The notes beneath the pieces are model-generated. The model made no database searches. It was not told the origin of the DNA and saw only the letters and a program-made list of their open reading frames with translations. Below, one piece after another: positions 15,383 through 27,910 of a stretch of 64,000 nucleotides of DNA. The stretch is taken from the NCBI GenBank assembly GCA_050084985.1, contig JBITNC010000001.1, positions 151,218,001 to 151,282,000 on the forward strand, in the 5' to 3' direction. Numbering within the stretch: position 1 is the first letter of the stretch; the number at the start of each line of letters is the position of its first letter. Source of the DNA: Nageia nagi. Taxonomy: Eukaryota > Plantae > Pinophyta. The translations under genes and the position numbers were made by a program.

Positions 15383-16717
15383 TTAAAGTGATACCTTGAT
15401 AAGACATACACCATATTCTTTATTCATAATAGCCTTAGATATATCCTTCAAACATCTACTCAACAAATAATCATTAGTATCATTAGTCAAGAAAATAAAG
15501 AATAAGAAATTATCACCTCCAATGATGCTTTGGTGAGTAGGATCCCATGTTGCTTTTAAAGTAACCATTTATGCAATTATAGTAAGGAACTCCCATGGTT
15601 ACTCTTTGAACAATGTTTTCTCTTCAAGATAACTCTTTTTTATCACTCTAAGTGAGTAATCTCCATCCACAATTTCCTCTTCAATACAATCCTCAATATC
15701 CTTTGATAATGCTTCCATTATACCGTAAATTTCATTAGTGACTATATCATTATATTCTATCTCCCACTTGAGATATTCTTCTTTATACAAAATAGTGTTG
15801 ACTCTTTATGAGTGATCTTTTTTTCCTAAAATTGATGCCTTCATAGTCATGAAAACTTGAAGTTCACCAACATTGGTTATATCTTCATTCTCTATCTCAT
15901 TTTCTATTACATCTTTCTCCTCCCAAATAAGATAGTGTCTTGTGCATTTCTCTTCACATAACATATCCTTCACTCTTGATGAGTGACGTTCTCCAATGAT
16001 CATGAAACTTATAATCTTCATATCCTCTTCATATATGATCTCCCTTGGATTATTATCTCGTATTTCCTCTCTAAGATAATCATCATTCTCTCCAAATGAG
16101 TGAGTTTCACAATATCCATCCATCCAATATGAATAATCTTCAAGCAAGGATAACTCCATGAGTATAAATCCTCCTTTGTCATTTTTCTCCTCCTTTAGAG
16201 GAACTCTAATAAAAGGGTAATCAACTCCCAAAACTTCATATATTGCATTTCCAAGAATAATCTTTCTCTCTAAATGAGTGAGATCTTAAATTTGGTTTAT
16301 CAAAATATATCATTCCAAATGAATGATCTTCCACTTCATCTAAGTGGGATACATCCAAAAAATAACTCTCCTCCATGATAACTTGTTCTTACATGAAGAA
16401 CTCTTCAATAAAGAGTTGAGATGATATCTCCTCCTCTACAAGTTGAAGGTGTATCTCTTTAATGAGACATTCATTCTGCTTATGGGAAATGTGAATGCTT
16501 TCTAAGCATACCATTCCTACATGAGATTTATTAATATACTTTTTATTTTCATAATATTCTCCCTCTAAAAGAAAGCATTTACCATCCATATCTTCATCAT
16601 AATACACACCTCCAACAAAAAGTTGCTCACAACAATCTTCATCATAGCAAACCTCTACATAAGGCTTCTTAACATCCTCCTCTTCAAGAATGTAGCGCAT
16701 CCTCTTATTCTAAACAT
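15383..16717 (-). pseudogene. Fragmented acidic (E/D-rich) ORF of unknown function inside the LTR element
   Basis: Four consecutive minus-strand ORF pieces (16389-16700, 15806-16231, 15599-15790, 15383-15568) share a similar acidic composition. Confidence 0.45.
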
Positions 16718-18879
16718 CCAAAATCCTAAATTTCATACCTAATTTTTTAATTTATTTATTTAGTTTAACACTCAAAATATCTATAAATGGCTTCAAGCAA
16801 TCCACATGAGCTTGTCAATGCTGCTAGCTAGTCAACACCCACATGGCAAGATTGAATAAATACCAGATTATCCAACCCTAATTAAATCTATTCTAGTGTT
16901 CACTCCATAATGCTCATCTCATTGAGGAGATGTATTAAATTTGATCCCACCATTTCCACTTCATAAACTATGTAGCAGACATTTTGGACATGATGTAGTG
17001 GTTTCCTACTCGGGGCCCATATCAACTGAGAGAATGTACATCCACTAGGTTACACATCCTCATCTAATGATAATCCTTTGACTCATAGGATCAAATAGTT
17101 TATCTTAAGAAAACTTCCTTATGAGTGGAAAACATCATCACCTATGAAATAGTCATCATACTCCTATGTGCTTAACTACTTCTAATACCCTGTAGAGGAT
17201 ATGAGATACTAAACTACCCATATATATCGATTAGGTTGCACGAATTTGGAATCCCCATGCCCATATCTTGGGGATCCATAGGTATTGAAATGATACCCTC
17301 GAGTGGTTTGTATATTCCAATTAATTTTAATAATTATAAATAAAAATCACTCATGACCTAATGATACCATATTGTATGCAGCAAGACTCAAAACAACTTG
17401 TTTAGGAAGCCACAAGAGATCTGTAGATTTACAATTATCCTATATGCATTGTACTATGTAATTAATACCACTTTATAAAAGTTATGATACTATTGTTTGG
17501 TAGCATGCCTTGAGATTGCACTAAAGTCAGCTATTGCTATAAAGGAAGTGTGGTGCAAAGTGATTCATACTCAAGGAATATTCTTTTGGAATGTGTTTTA
17601 GCAAGGGATGTTCAACTAATGAATATTCCACATCATTTTCTTTAACTATTGAATCCATCCAAAAGTCTCTTTTTTGGTTGAATTGATTCCTTAGGATTTT
17701 CCTTCTTATCCTTCATTTCATGTCAATCCTTTTTCCTTATTTGACTATCTAAGTATTCTCATAGGATTTCAAACTATTCCATTAGTTCCTAGTTGATACC
17801 ATTCATTCCCATTTTGATCCCAAGGATCCCTAACATTTTTTAATTTATTCCAAACCTAAATTTGGAACCATAATTTGAAGTTGAGATCTTTTTCAATCTG
17901 TTGGGTTTTATTAGGGTTATTGACCTTATTGATCTCCTAAATTTAGATATCTTTGTAAATACACCTGATCAACAATATTTTTTGATTTCTATAAATCAAA
18001 TGATCTTGTTATAGTAACATACTATATTTATTTCATATTAGATGTCATGACAACTTGATGGTATTGTATAACTCTATTCAATTACAACATGCATCCATTA
18101 ATATTTTGAGCAAAGTAAGGGAAATAAGAAATATTGAATTAAAATAATATACATCTATTTATTAACTATAGAGTCTCAACTAAAGAATCTCATAAAACCA
18201 TCCATCTATTCATGAAACTACCTTTCATTAAATATTACAAGCATAAGTTAATACAAGGGAAATAATAAACTAAAGCATAAATAGATTCTATTTACAATTC
18301 ATATCATAATAAATTGTTCATTAAGACACCTCTATCGATCTTAAATACATCTTTGTCGAGACTTTATCATCTTTTATCGACCTTCTTTCCAAGGATCAAT
18401 GTAGAATTGGATTGAGTACTAGGAAGAATGACGAGTTTTTGAGGATCAAAACAATCTCATTTACATATTTAACTATGATGCAAATGAATCCTTCTAAAAT
18501 CTTTCAATTTATTTAAAACACTTTTTATAGACCTTAAGAGGATTTATGTCCTCTAAAGGATCACCTCCCTTACTTGATCGTGGTTTAAAATTTTAAGATT
18601 TAATAAGAATCATATTAACTTTCTTCCATAAATAAATTCATTTACTATCTAATACAAGTATTTAATACTTCCTTATATAAATCACCTTAAATTTAAAGAA
18701 CTTTTCTTATTTTGCCTTATACTAAGAAATCATTATCCAATTTATCTCATTAATATAAAAAGGAGTTGATTATAGTAATCACCTTTTGATATGACTTATT
18801 TTCTAAAGTGTTTAACCCAAAACAAAATTGGCCACTCTATAATGTTTTTATTTTTACCAATCAATTCCTTACCAACATA

Positions 18880-19581
18880 AAGCAATGTACATGGATCAGT
18901 ACGAGACTAGTGGTTTTCTGAGTCAGGTTTTGAGAGAGTTTCTTTCGTATAGAGAGATATCAAGCTTGCACAAATGAAAGACTTCCCCATTTGACTACCA
19001 ACTACTTAGATTACCTATGAGTCATTTGAGGGTATTTGAGATCATCATCCTTTATGACCTGATCTCTACATTTTTTTAATGGGAAAATACCACGATTCTA
19101 CTTATCATATATGTGAAGTGGAGACTCATATGGTTCCTAGGGGATAGTTACATTGTAAAGTAAAATATATATATATATATACTTATGGAGTATAAAAGCA
19201 AAGTACGAGAATACTCCTTTATACAATGTGATGTTAGATGTAACACCAAACTCTACAACCTTTACTAGCATTCTTTGAAATATGTGACTGCGGGAGCTCA
19301 AGAAGGAAGCATGGCGATTCATAAAAGAGTATTTGAAAATCATTTCCCATTATTCATCATGTACGTGAAGGTTTACATCTAATACAAGGTTCAAAAATTG
19401 TTTAACAATAGCAAGTTAAAAATATGGATTACAATGATGGAAGGGTATGCATATAATGGGTTATCCTAGAAAGCGCATTGCACTTAAGAGTAGTCAAAAC
19501 TCTGAAACCTTTGACACCAAATCTCAGCATGTATCATTGTGAGGGATTAGGAAGAAGATCCATCAAAGAGTAGTTAAAAAT
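18880..19581 (+). pseudogene. PLS-class pentatricopeptide repeat (PPR) gene fragment
   Basis: From 19237: DVTPNSTTFTSIL*, then after a frameshift YVTAGAQEGSMAIHKRVFENHF..IMYVKVYI*YKVQKLFNN..IWITMMEGYAYNGLS*KA, then NSETF..KIHQRVVKN. This matches the PLS consensus VKPNSTTFASILPACA..GALEQGMEIH..MYAKCG..KARKLFD..WTAMIAGYAQNG. The part upstream of 19237 is weaker. Confidence 0.8.
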
Positions 19582-22500
19582 AAAGAATGTGTTAACTAAA
19601 AGGAGGGGGGATGCAGTAACACACTTTGCAACCCTTGCTATCATATCTTTGACCTATGAAACCATGTAAGATTTAGATGAAATTATGGATATCCATCTAA
19701 TAATATTTGAAAATGGTTTTTCATTGCATATTATGGATATTAAGGCCTAAAAATAAAAGTGTTGGGGAGACAAGCAAATTACCTATGATGAAGCCAATCT
19801 TTGAAAACTTTGTTGGCATTTTTCCAGCATATACCTTCGTGGGAGTCCTAAAAAGATGGTTTGGAAATCTTTCAAAGAGTAGTAAAAATAGTTTTACATC
19901 AAATATTTTGGTTGTTAGTTACCATATAATCATGATTCAAAATGTGGAAGAATACATAATAGGGAGTAGAGCTAAGAAATTAGCAAGTAAGGTAAAGTGA
20001 AAATTGGGTTCTTTTCCAAAGTATGAGCTTCCATGAACTTTTTATAGTAGAATTAATTGAATAGGCTCATAAATATATTAAAAATAGATAACATATTTGT
20101 ACTCAAAACTTCTCATTAATTTAAATAAAAGGGGAAAAACTAATAGGGTCCTACTCCTTTACTTTTTTAAAGAAAAGACAAGGTACCAACTAGTACATGC
20201 AATATGTCAAACAAAACAAGAAATAAGTACCTTCAAATGTTACAAGACCTCTTATCAAAAATTAATTCTATTAACCTTTATCAAACTATACTTTATTATT
20301 AAATAACATCAAAATAAGACTACTTTAACTAAACATTTTAGCTTATTTGTCTAAAATGCAAAAGAATGCACCTAGAATTGGAAAAAGAGATGGTTCTTTT
20401 CTTCACATAACTCTACACCCAAGCTTGAGAATAATAAGAATGAAATAATAATATACAGGTATTTTTCCTAATGTTCCACCCTCCTATTTATATCCAAGGA
20501 GGTTCAAGTGTGTCCAAATGAACATCTCCTCATCCCTTCAATAAAGTTTGGGATAGGTTTAATTAAAGTTATTGATGATTGTAATGGCATTTAATACCTT
20601 GGAACCTTTTTTATTAACTAAAACATTAGTGCCAACTATTTTCCATACCTAACACAAGGAAACAAAAATAAGTAGGGTTATTACTCAATTATTTTCATAA
20701 CCATTAAATATCTTGTAACATCACAAGGTGACCTTAGTCTTATTTTAACTATTATTATTTTGAGTTTCACTTTAGTTTACTAAAAACTATAAGTAAAATT
20801 TTGACTTAAAAGGAAGAGAATAATCCTTGACCTCCCTTTTTGAATTTAAATTATGAAAATTCATAATAGAAAATCAACCACACATCTTACCTATGATGAT
20901 TGCCTCAATCTGCAAGATAATTATTAATCCACACACATACACAAATACACATTCATCATAAAAATTGATATTTATGACTAATTAATTTACCATGTAGCTA
21001 CATGATTTACGATGGTCATTAAGGTTTGTAAAATAACCAATGCTAATCATTTCCTCACTCTTACCCTTTTTTTCTTGTCACCAATTCACCCTTGGTTCCT
21101 TGGATCTTTTCCACACTTTCCATCTCGATTTAACCTATGACCTGCATCAAAACATCTTGAATCTAGCATCAAATTGACATAAATAAGGCATATCACTATT
21201 AAAAACTCATCATCACATAACTTAATTCAAATTAAATCTCATTAGGATCCTTGTTAGTACTCGAGTCTTAATAGTGCAATTGGGTGGGTTGTTACCAAGA
21301 AGGAATTCATCATGCATTCCTTCATAAGATATTTCTCCACATTATCCTTTACCATAACACTCTTCAAACATATATGCCTTCCCATAACAAGAGCAAGGTT
21401 ATTCATAAAAATAATATGAGTCTTCATAAGACTCTCCAAAATGGTGGTCTAGTCCAAAACAAGGCTTCTCCTTACTTAAATAATCTCCATGAGTGTCCTC
21501 ATCACACCCATAATCATATTGTATTATCCTCCATGCACTTGTAGTTGTTCCACAACTTGCAATGAGTGGTAAAATACATTTTTCATAATTCTTCTTAAAT
21601 CCATAAGATCCAACCAATTTTGATATTACTTCTCTTTTTTCAACCTCTTCTCTTCTTTTCCAAATATGCTCCATGTGAGGGGTTCTTCATAGTTTCCTTA
21701 TACAATGCTCCAAAGGTATTTTTCCATTAAGAAAGTCTTCATTATTATGTTCCAATAATTATAATATTCACTATCAAATTTTGGTACATTTATGCTCTCA
21801 AACATGGTGGCCATCCAATAATCTTCCATTGTGATGGACTCTCAACTATGACCAACTCATTCACACTTACAAAAGGTTATTGGGTAGAGTGTTATTGTTG
21901 GAAGCCATTACACTCTTAACAATGCAATAAAAATTTGTACCTCTCTTCACACACTTGCAAGAGTTTCTCTAAATTCTTACAAACACCCACAAGATTTCCT
22001 CTAACCCACTAGATCTTTCAACTAAGCTGTGATACCACAATGAGAAGTATAAACTACTTTCATTAATTAAAAATGAAATCTTTGCATACATATATAGGTT
22101 TGGAAAAACCTAAATATAGACTCAACTAAATATAAACTCAAATTGGATAAACTCAACTTGTTACAGTCCAATCTTAGAAAATCATAAATCTTGAAGTCCT
22201 AAAATTATCCTAACATGATAGACAACAACTAGGCAAAACAAACACCTAAAATATCAATTCTTAATACTAAAATGGAGAAAAAATATCATACCAAACATGC
22301 TATAAATAATCAAACATGATTTATTTTAAAATGTGATATGTTTTGGATAAAACATGGTGCATTTGGGATAAAATGTGGTACATCTAGACTAAAATGGGGT
22401 ACATTTAGATTGAAATATGATAGATTGGATAGTTTGTAGGAAAATATCCAAGATGATTATCTAACATTTAAAAAATTTAGACATGCATATACTCATTGGA

Positions 22501-24084
22501 AAGTTATCATCGATAATTATCCAATTCAAAAATAATCGACTCAATTGGATATCTCTACAAAAAGGTATACCTTCTCAAAGTTGATTGATTTATATTGCAA
22601 GTCTAGTTGATCTTCAACTGGTTTAATATTCAACTCGAATGGTCTTTGATTGAGCTTGAGTTACAATAACAACTAATTGTTTCCACTTATGATCAACCTC
22701 AATGAATGCAATAAACATCTTCATTAATACCCCAATCCATATCATCATATCAATTAAATCCTCATCAATATATATCACATGCATAACAAACTAATACCAC
22801 TCTTGGACCACAATCATATCAACAAAATCAATTGAGAGCATCACATGTTCCAAATCATGTTGATCTAGAAAAGAAATAATTATTTGAGGAATGGTATAAA
22901 TAAATCAAAAACTAAAATGTTATGCAAAGTAATCTAAATATCATACATAATCAAAATTTTGCACAAGGATAAGGGGTAAATCAAACTCTCAAAACCTTGA
23001 GGATAACAAATTAGTCTGAAAAATAACAAGTTTTTATGGTTGAAAAGATAATTAGTTCCAATAAAATATCCCAAAAAATATATAAACCAACTTAAATCAA
23101 CAAAATCCTAAGGAATCTCAAATAAAATAATCCCAAATTATCAAAATCTAAATCAAGTTTCATAACCTCATCAAGTAAATACACATTCAAATCTTAATTA
23201 AAATAAAGAGTATATAAACATGGGGTATCAATCAAACCCTAATACTAAGGTATGTATATACACAAGAATATTTCAATCCAAATTATGCATATACTCAAAT
23301 CCTTAATCAAAATCAAGTCCCTAATCTCAATCAAGGGTACAATGCATCACATCAACAAGCCCTAAATTAAAATCAAGGTAAAACTCAATTTCAAGATCTA
23401 AATAAAGGGTTGCACTAGAAAATGAATTTAGGGATTCAACAAACTAATTATCCTTATGTACTATAAATCAATTTTTCTCCCAATAAATATTGAACGAATA
23501 AATGAGACAAAATGAACAACAACACTACCAACAAGATTATGAAAGGCAAGTGAATTATGGTACAAATCAACCAAACATGATAAGTGTACAACCTACAAGC
23601 ATAAATGATAATATTCTTAAGAGGTTAAAAGGAATGTAAATCAAGGTAAAGCTAAATTATCCTACAACATAATATGTAATGAACCAATCAACCCCATGGT
23701 TCCTATAAAGATATATCCTTATAAGTTTTAAGTGCCTAAAATGGATAAATATAAGGATAAATAAGACCCAAGAGAAAATTTAAGATCATTTAAGTACTCA
23801 TGTTATCTTATAAGCAATGATGATGTCTTAATACTAAGGACCTTTCTAATGAATCTTGTAGGGAAAGCTTTGGATTAGTATAATAATTTTCCACAACATA
23901 TAATCTATGTTTTTGAACAATTGGAAAACCAATTTTGGATCATTTTGCAATCAATATAAGAAAGAGGGCCTCCATAACAAATTTGATTAAAATCTCCCAA
24001 TTTGAAGATGATTCAATTACCAATTATGTATGTAGATGGAGAGCTTTTATAACAAATGTGTGTTATACTTTACCTCAAGAGGAA

Positions 24085-25469
24085 TGTAATGTCCCCATTT
24101 TTATGGTGTTTTCCCCATTTTACCACTGATAAATGGGAACATTAGATTAGAAGTATTTTCACTTAATTTAGTATTTATTTGTCCAATTAATTATAATTTC
24201 CACTTAGAGAATATATTAGTACTCCAATTTTGGAACATTGGGCCCTTATTAAGCATATTATGTATCGTTGAGTTTCCAATTATGCTAATAATGATGTATT
24301 GATAATACCAAGCCCATTATGATTGTAAATGCAATATTATCCTCCAATAATGAGGCGTTGCATATTAAACCTTGATAATTGTAATATTGGCATTAGATGA
24401 TCATCTTTTTATTAATTCTCCCCTCTTAGAGGTAGAGCATCCATCTCAGTGATTACATCAAATTCAAGGAATTATATGGACTTCCAAGCTTGGATGTGGC
24501 ATTAAGATAGAGATATATGGCATCCTAAGGTATTGGAGGACTTCTAGACTTAGATATTGGACAAAGAGGGCATATTGACCTCCATGTTGGATATTTGGGC
24601 ATCCCAAGGACCCACATCATCCTCTTATAGATATCCTAACATGTGGCACTGACATTGAGATGTATTAAAGGATCTATCATCCCATTGCTAACATTCTAGA
24701 TCCTTAGATGTGATTTCACTCATCCCAAGGCTCTCCATATTAGACATTGGAAACATGAGCGCATGGATCACCCTTGCACACAGTTGGATCATCTCAACAT
24801 AAGATTATAACATGAACCATATTGCCTATATAAGGATGAATCCTAGAACACATGAGATATGTTGAACTAATGATTAAAATCCCCTTCTATTAGATTGAGT
24901 GGGAGAACTCTATCTTTGCCACTTGTGGATGCTGGTTTGCATTTGAGGTCTTGAGGTGATTGAAGGCTAACTTCTTTCTTACTATAGTCATTCAAGAGAG
25001 GAACTCAGATTGTTCTATAGTTAGAGAGGTAAGGAAACCCTGGGCTTGGCCTTACTATTGTTGCAATTAGTGAGGCCATGGATCCATATTAAATAACCCT
25101 ATTGGATGCAACCTTGATGTAAGCTCCTTAGGTTAAAAATACCATTACTACAACATTCTTGAAGATTTTCAATTGAGTTATTGTAATTAAGGTTATCTCA
25201 TTTCATATTTAACATTTCATATTTCAAATACAATTACATTATTTTTTGTCATTCTTGTCCATTATTGTATTGTGCTTAAACATTGGGTCTAGGAAGGATT
25301 TTGCATTGTTATTTTGTGATTTAGCTTCCTAAAGCCCTGTGTTGGGTATTTGAGGATAATTATAATTTATTACTTCATTTTTGTTAATTCTAGCTAGATG
25401 TTGGTATTCTTTTGATATTTTATGCTAAATTGGCTAGATCCATAGCAATAAGGAAAATACCCCTTTCCT
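24085..25469. mobile_element. Solo LTR inserted into the Tat/Ogre gag
   Basis: Starts TGTAATGTCCCC and is flanked by a 5-bp TSD AGGAA (24080-24084 and 25470-25474). Removing it restores the reading LPQEE|FINLF. Confidence 0.8.
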
Positions 25470-27910
25470 AGGAATTTATCAATTTGTTTAGTAGTAGTTA
25501 TAATAAGCACATCTCATGAATCTTATAAATACAACAACATAAGATATTTGAGAATTCCTTAGCATAAGCTAATCTAATTGAGGAAGTTAAGATCCAATAA
25601 GCTAAGATCAAGTTTAGAAAGAAAATAATTAAAATTATCAAAATACTAGTTGTGATAATAATGCTTCATAACAAAATCCATAAATCAATCAAGTATCAAT
25701 TGGTGTACAACAAGCACAACCAATTGTACAAGTGGAACATTTGAATCCATGATAAAGGAATAATCCATAACAATTGCAAGCTAAAATAAATGCTCAAAGT
25801 TATAATCAAGAAAGATAACCTATACTACAAAGGAATTGGACACCTTTAGCAAAACCATTGGAATATGTTCTAAATAAATTACTTGAGGCAAGATTGATCA
25901 TATTACCTAAAGTAAAATAAGAAAATCCTAATGATGAAAAGTTGCAATGGTACAAGGATAATGAGTTTTATGCTTTACATATAAAAAAGGAGCATGATAG
26001 TAATAAGTTTCAACATTTGAAAAGTTTATTCCAAACATTACTCGATGATGGAAAAATATCAATAGGTAATCCTATGGCCCAAAAAATAGAAATTTTGGAG
26101 TAGTCTAAGATCCATTACCAAAGATCAACAAAAATGTCAATCAAGTGAGTACCATTGCTTCAACATCAAGATAAGTGAATCATACTGGTGTTCAAACATA
26201 ACCTTTTGATTTTATGCATATTGTTGATATTAACATGGTTAATGTGGTAACAAGATGTGGAAAAGGGATAAATAGAGTACGTTAACCTAGGGAGGCAAGA
26301 ATTAAAAATACTATCCCTTGAGCACAAGTGTGAATTCAAACAATGCCACCAAAACTAATAATAGTAGTAAATACCTAATTAGAGTAACAATTAAGGATAA
26401 AACCAACAAATTTATCATTATTGAATATTTTACAATAATCCAAGACACATAGAGAATCATTAGAGAATATTTTGAATAGAATTGAATTATCAAGTGTTAA
26501 TCATAATTCTTTCTTAGATTTGATTGGAAATATTCAAAGTTATGTGAATCCTTCAATCATATTATATGACAATGAAATATATCATCATACAATAACAAGG
26601 AGAAGGACCCTCCTTTACATATTATAGATTTTGTGGATAATCTCCCTTTCAAGAGGGTATTGGCAGATAATATATCAGTTATTAATGGTATATCTTTATT
26701 GGATTTATAGCAATTAAAGATTCCCTTCAACTCTTACCATTAGATATTTTAACAAAACTTTAAAAAAAAATTATCATGCAGTAGAGGGAGAAATGCAATA
26801 CAATCTTTTATTGGTAATCCCTTGGATTAGAGAGATGGAGCGTATACCTTGAACTCTACATGGATGCCTTAAATATATTCATGAGGATGTAGTGCATTTT
26901 ATGTTAATGGGTCTTAATCCCTATAGTCATTGCAACTCCATCAATGTTCCTCAAGGAATTCAAATGTCATGTACACATCTCCTTCCAATCATTATTCTTG
27001 TAACTAATCATTATCCAAATAAAGATAAAGTAAACTCACAAGAAACTTCATCTTTACATCAAAATCAAAATCATTCATAAGATTCAACATCATAATCATC
27101 ATCACCTCATGTGGATATCCCTCTACCATTACATCCACATGGAAAATATGTTATGACAACATCACCATCATCTAGTACCATTCCATCTTATTTTCAATCA
27201 TAATAAAATCAACCCCAATCATTTAATTAAGTATATCCCATGTTTATATTTACATCATTATCATCTCTTTCATTATAAAAAAATCTTGTAGCTCATCAAG
27301 CCTCTTCATAAGATGATCAAAATCAATATGATCAACATAATCAAGTTTCAAATTATTCATCAATCTATCCTATAATGATCAAATATAAGAATTAAGTATG
27401 ATTGGGGGTGGAAGAGGGAGATTCAACAACCATACATGGACCCTAAGATTTGGTAGTCAAATCATTATCTGATGAAGCTAAGTTGGTGTAATCTTGAATT
27501 CAATATGGTACCTTGCTATCTTTCAAAGTTAAGATGATGGATTTGGGTTTTTCTCACATGTAGTTAGATGTATAGAGTTGAATTTCATGGATCATCAGTG
27601 CATTTATTCCTTATGTGTCACATGATAGTATCTTGTTGTGGCAATTAGAAGTATTTCAAAAGTGGTGATAAGACTTTTTTTAACATTTTCCTTGACTATA
27701 GCAAGTTAAGGTAGCATTCATGTGTATGAGAGGGGGATCTTTTTTCAAGTACTCTGATTTGATAGACATCCCAGTGAGGTCCTCCTTTGTTATTAAATTC
27801 ACCTAGCATGAGCCCATGGATTATCATGCTCATTTATTATTAACTTTGAAAGATAGGAAAATGTTATATGTATCCTATTTCATTAATCATGTTATTCTCA
27901 GGGCAATGAA

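Larger units (their letters stand above)
14151..22637 (-). mobile_element. Non-autonomous LTR retroelement (LARD-like) with ~585-bp LTRs
   Basis: Direct repeats at 14151-~14734 and 22041-~22637. Minus-strand tRNA-Met-type PBS (top strand GCTGTGATACCA, 22026-22037) and PPT (top strand TTCTCCCCCTTAA, ~14737-14749). No RT or integrase motifs seen inside. TSD unclear. Confidence 0.8.
10300..27380 (+). mobile_element. Degenerate Ty3/gypsy Tat/Ogre-type element (probable LTR/leader, gag, protease) interrupted by nested insertions
   Basis: Gag motif F*VPKMDKYK..DPRENLRSF at ~23725-23795; protease-like KRVLADNISVIN at ~26651; YNLLL.IPWIREMERIP*TLHGCLKY at ~26800-26876, typical of Tat/Ogre elements. 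The left boundary is uncertain. Confidence 0.6.
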
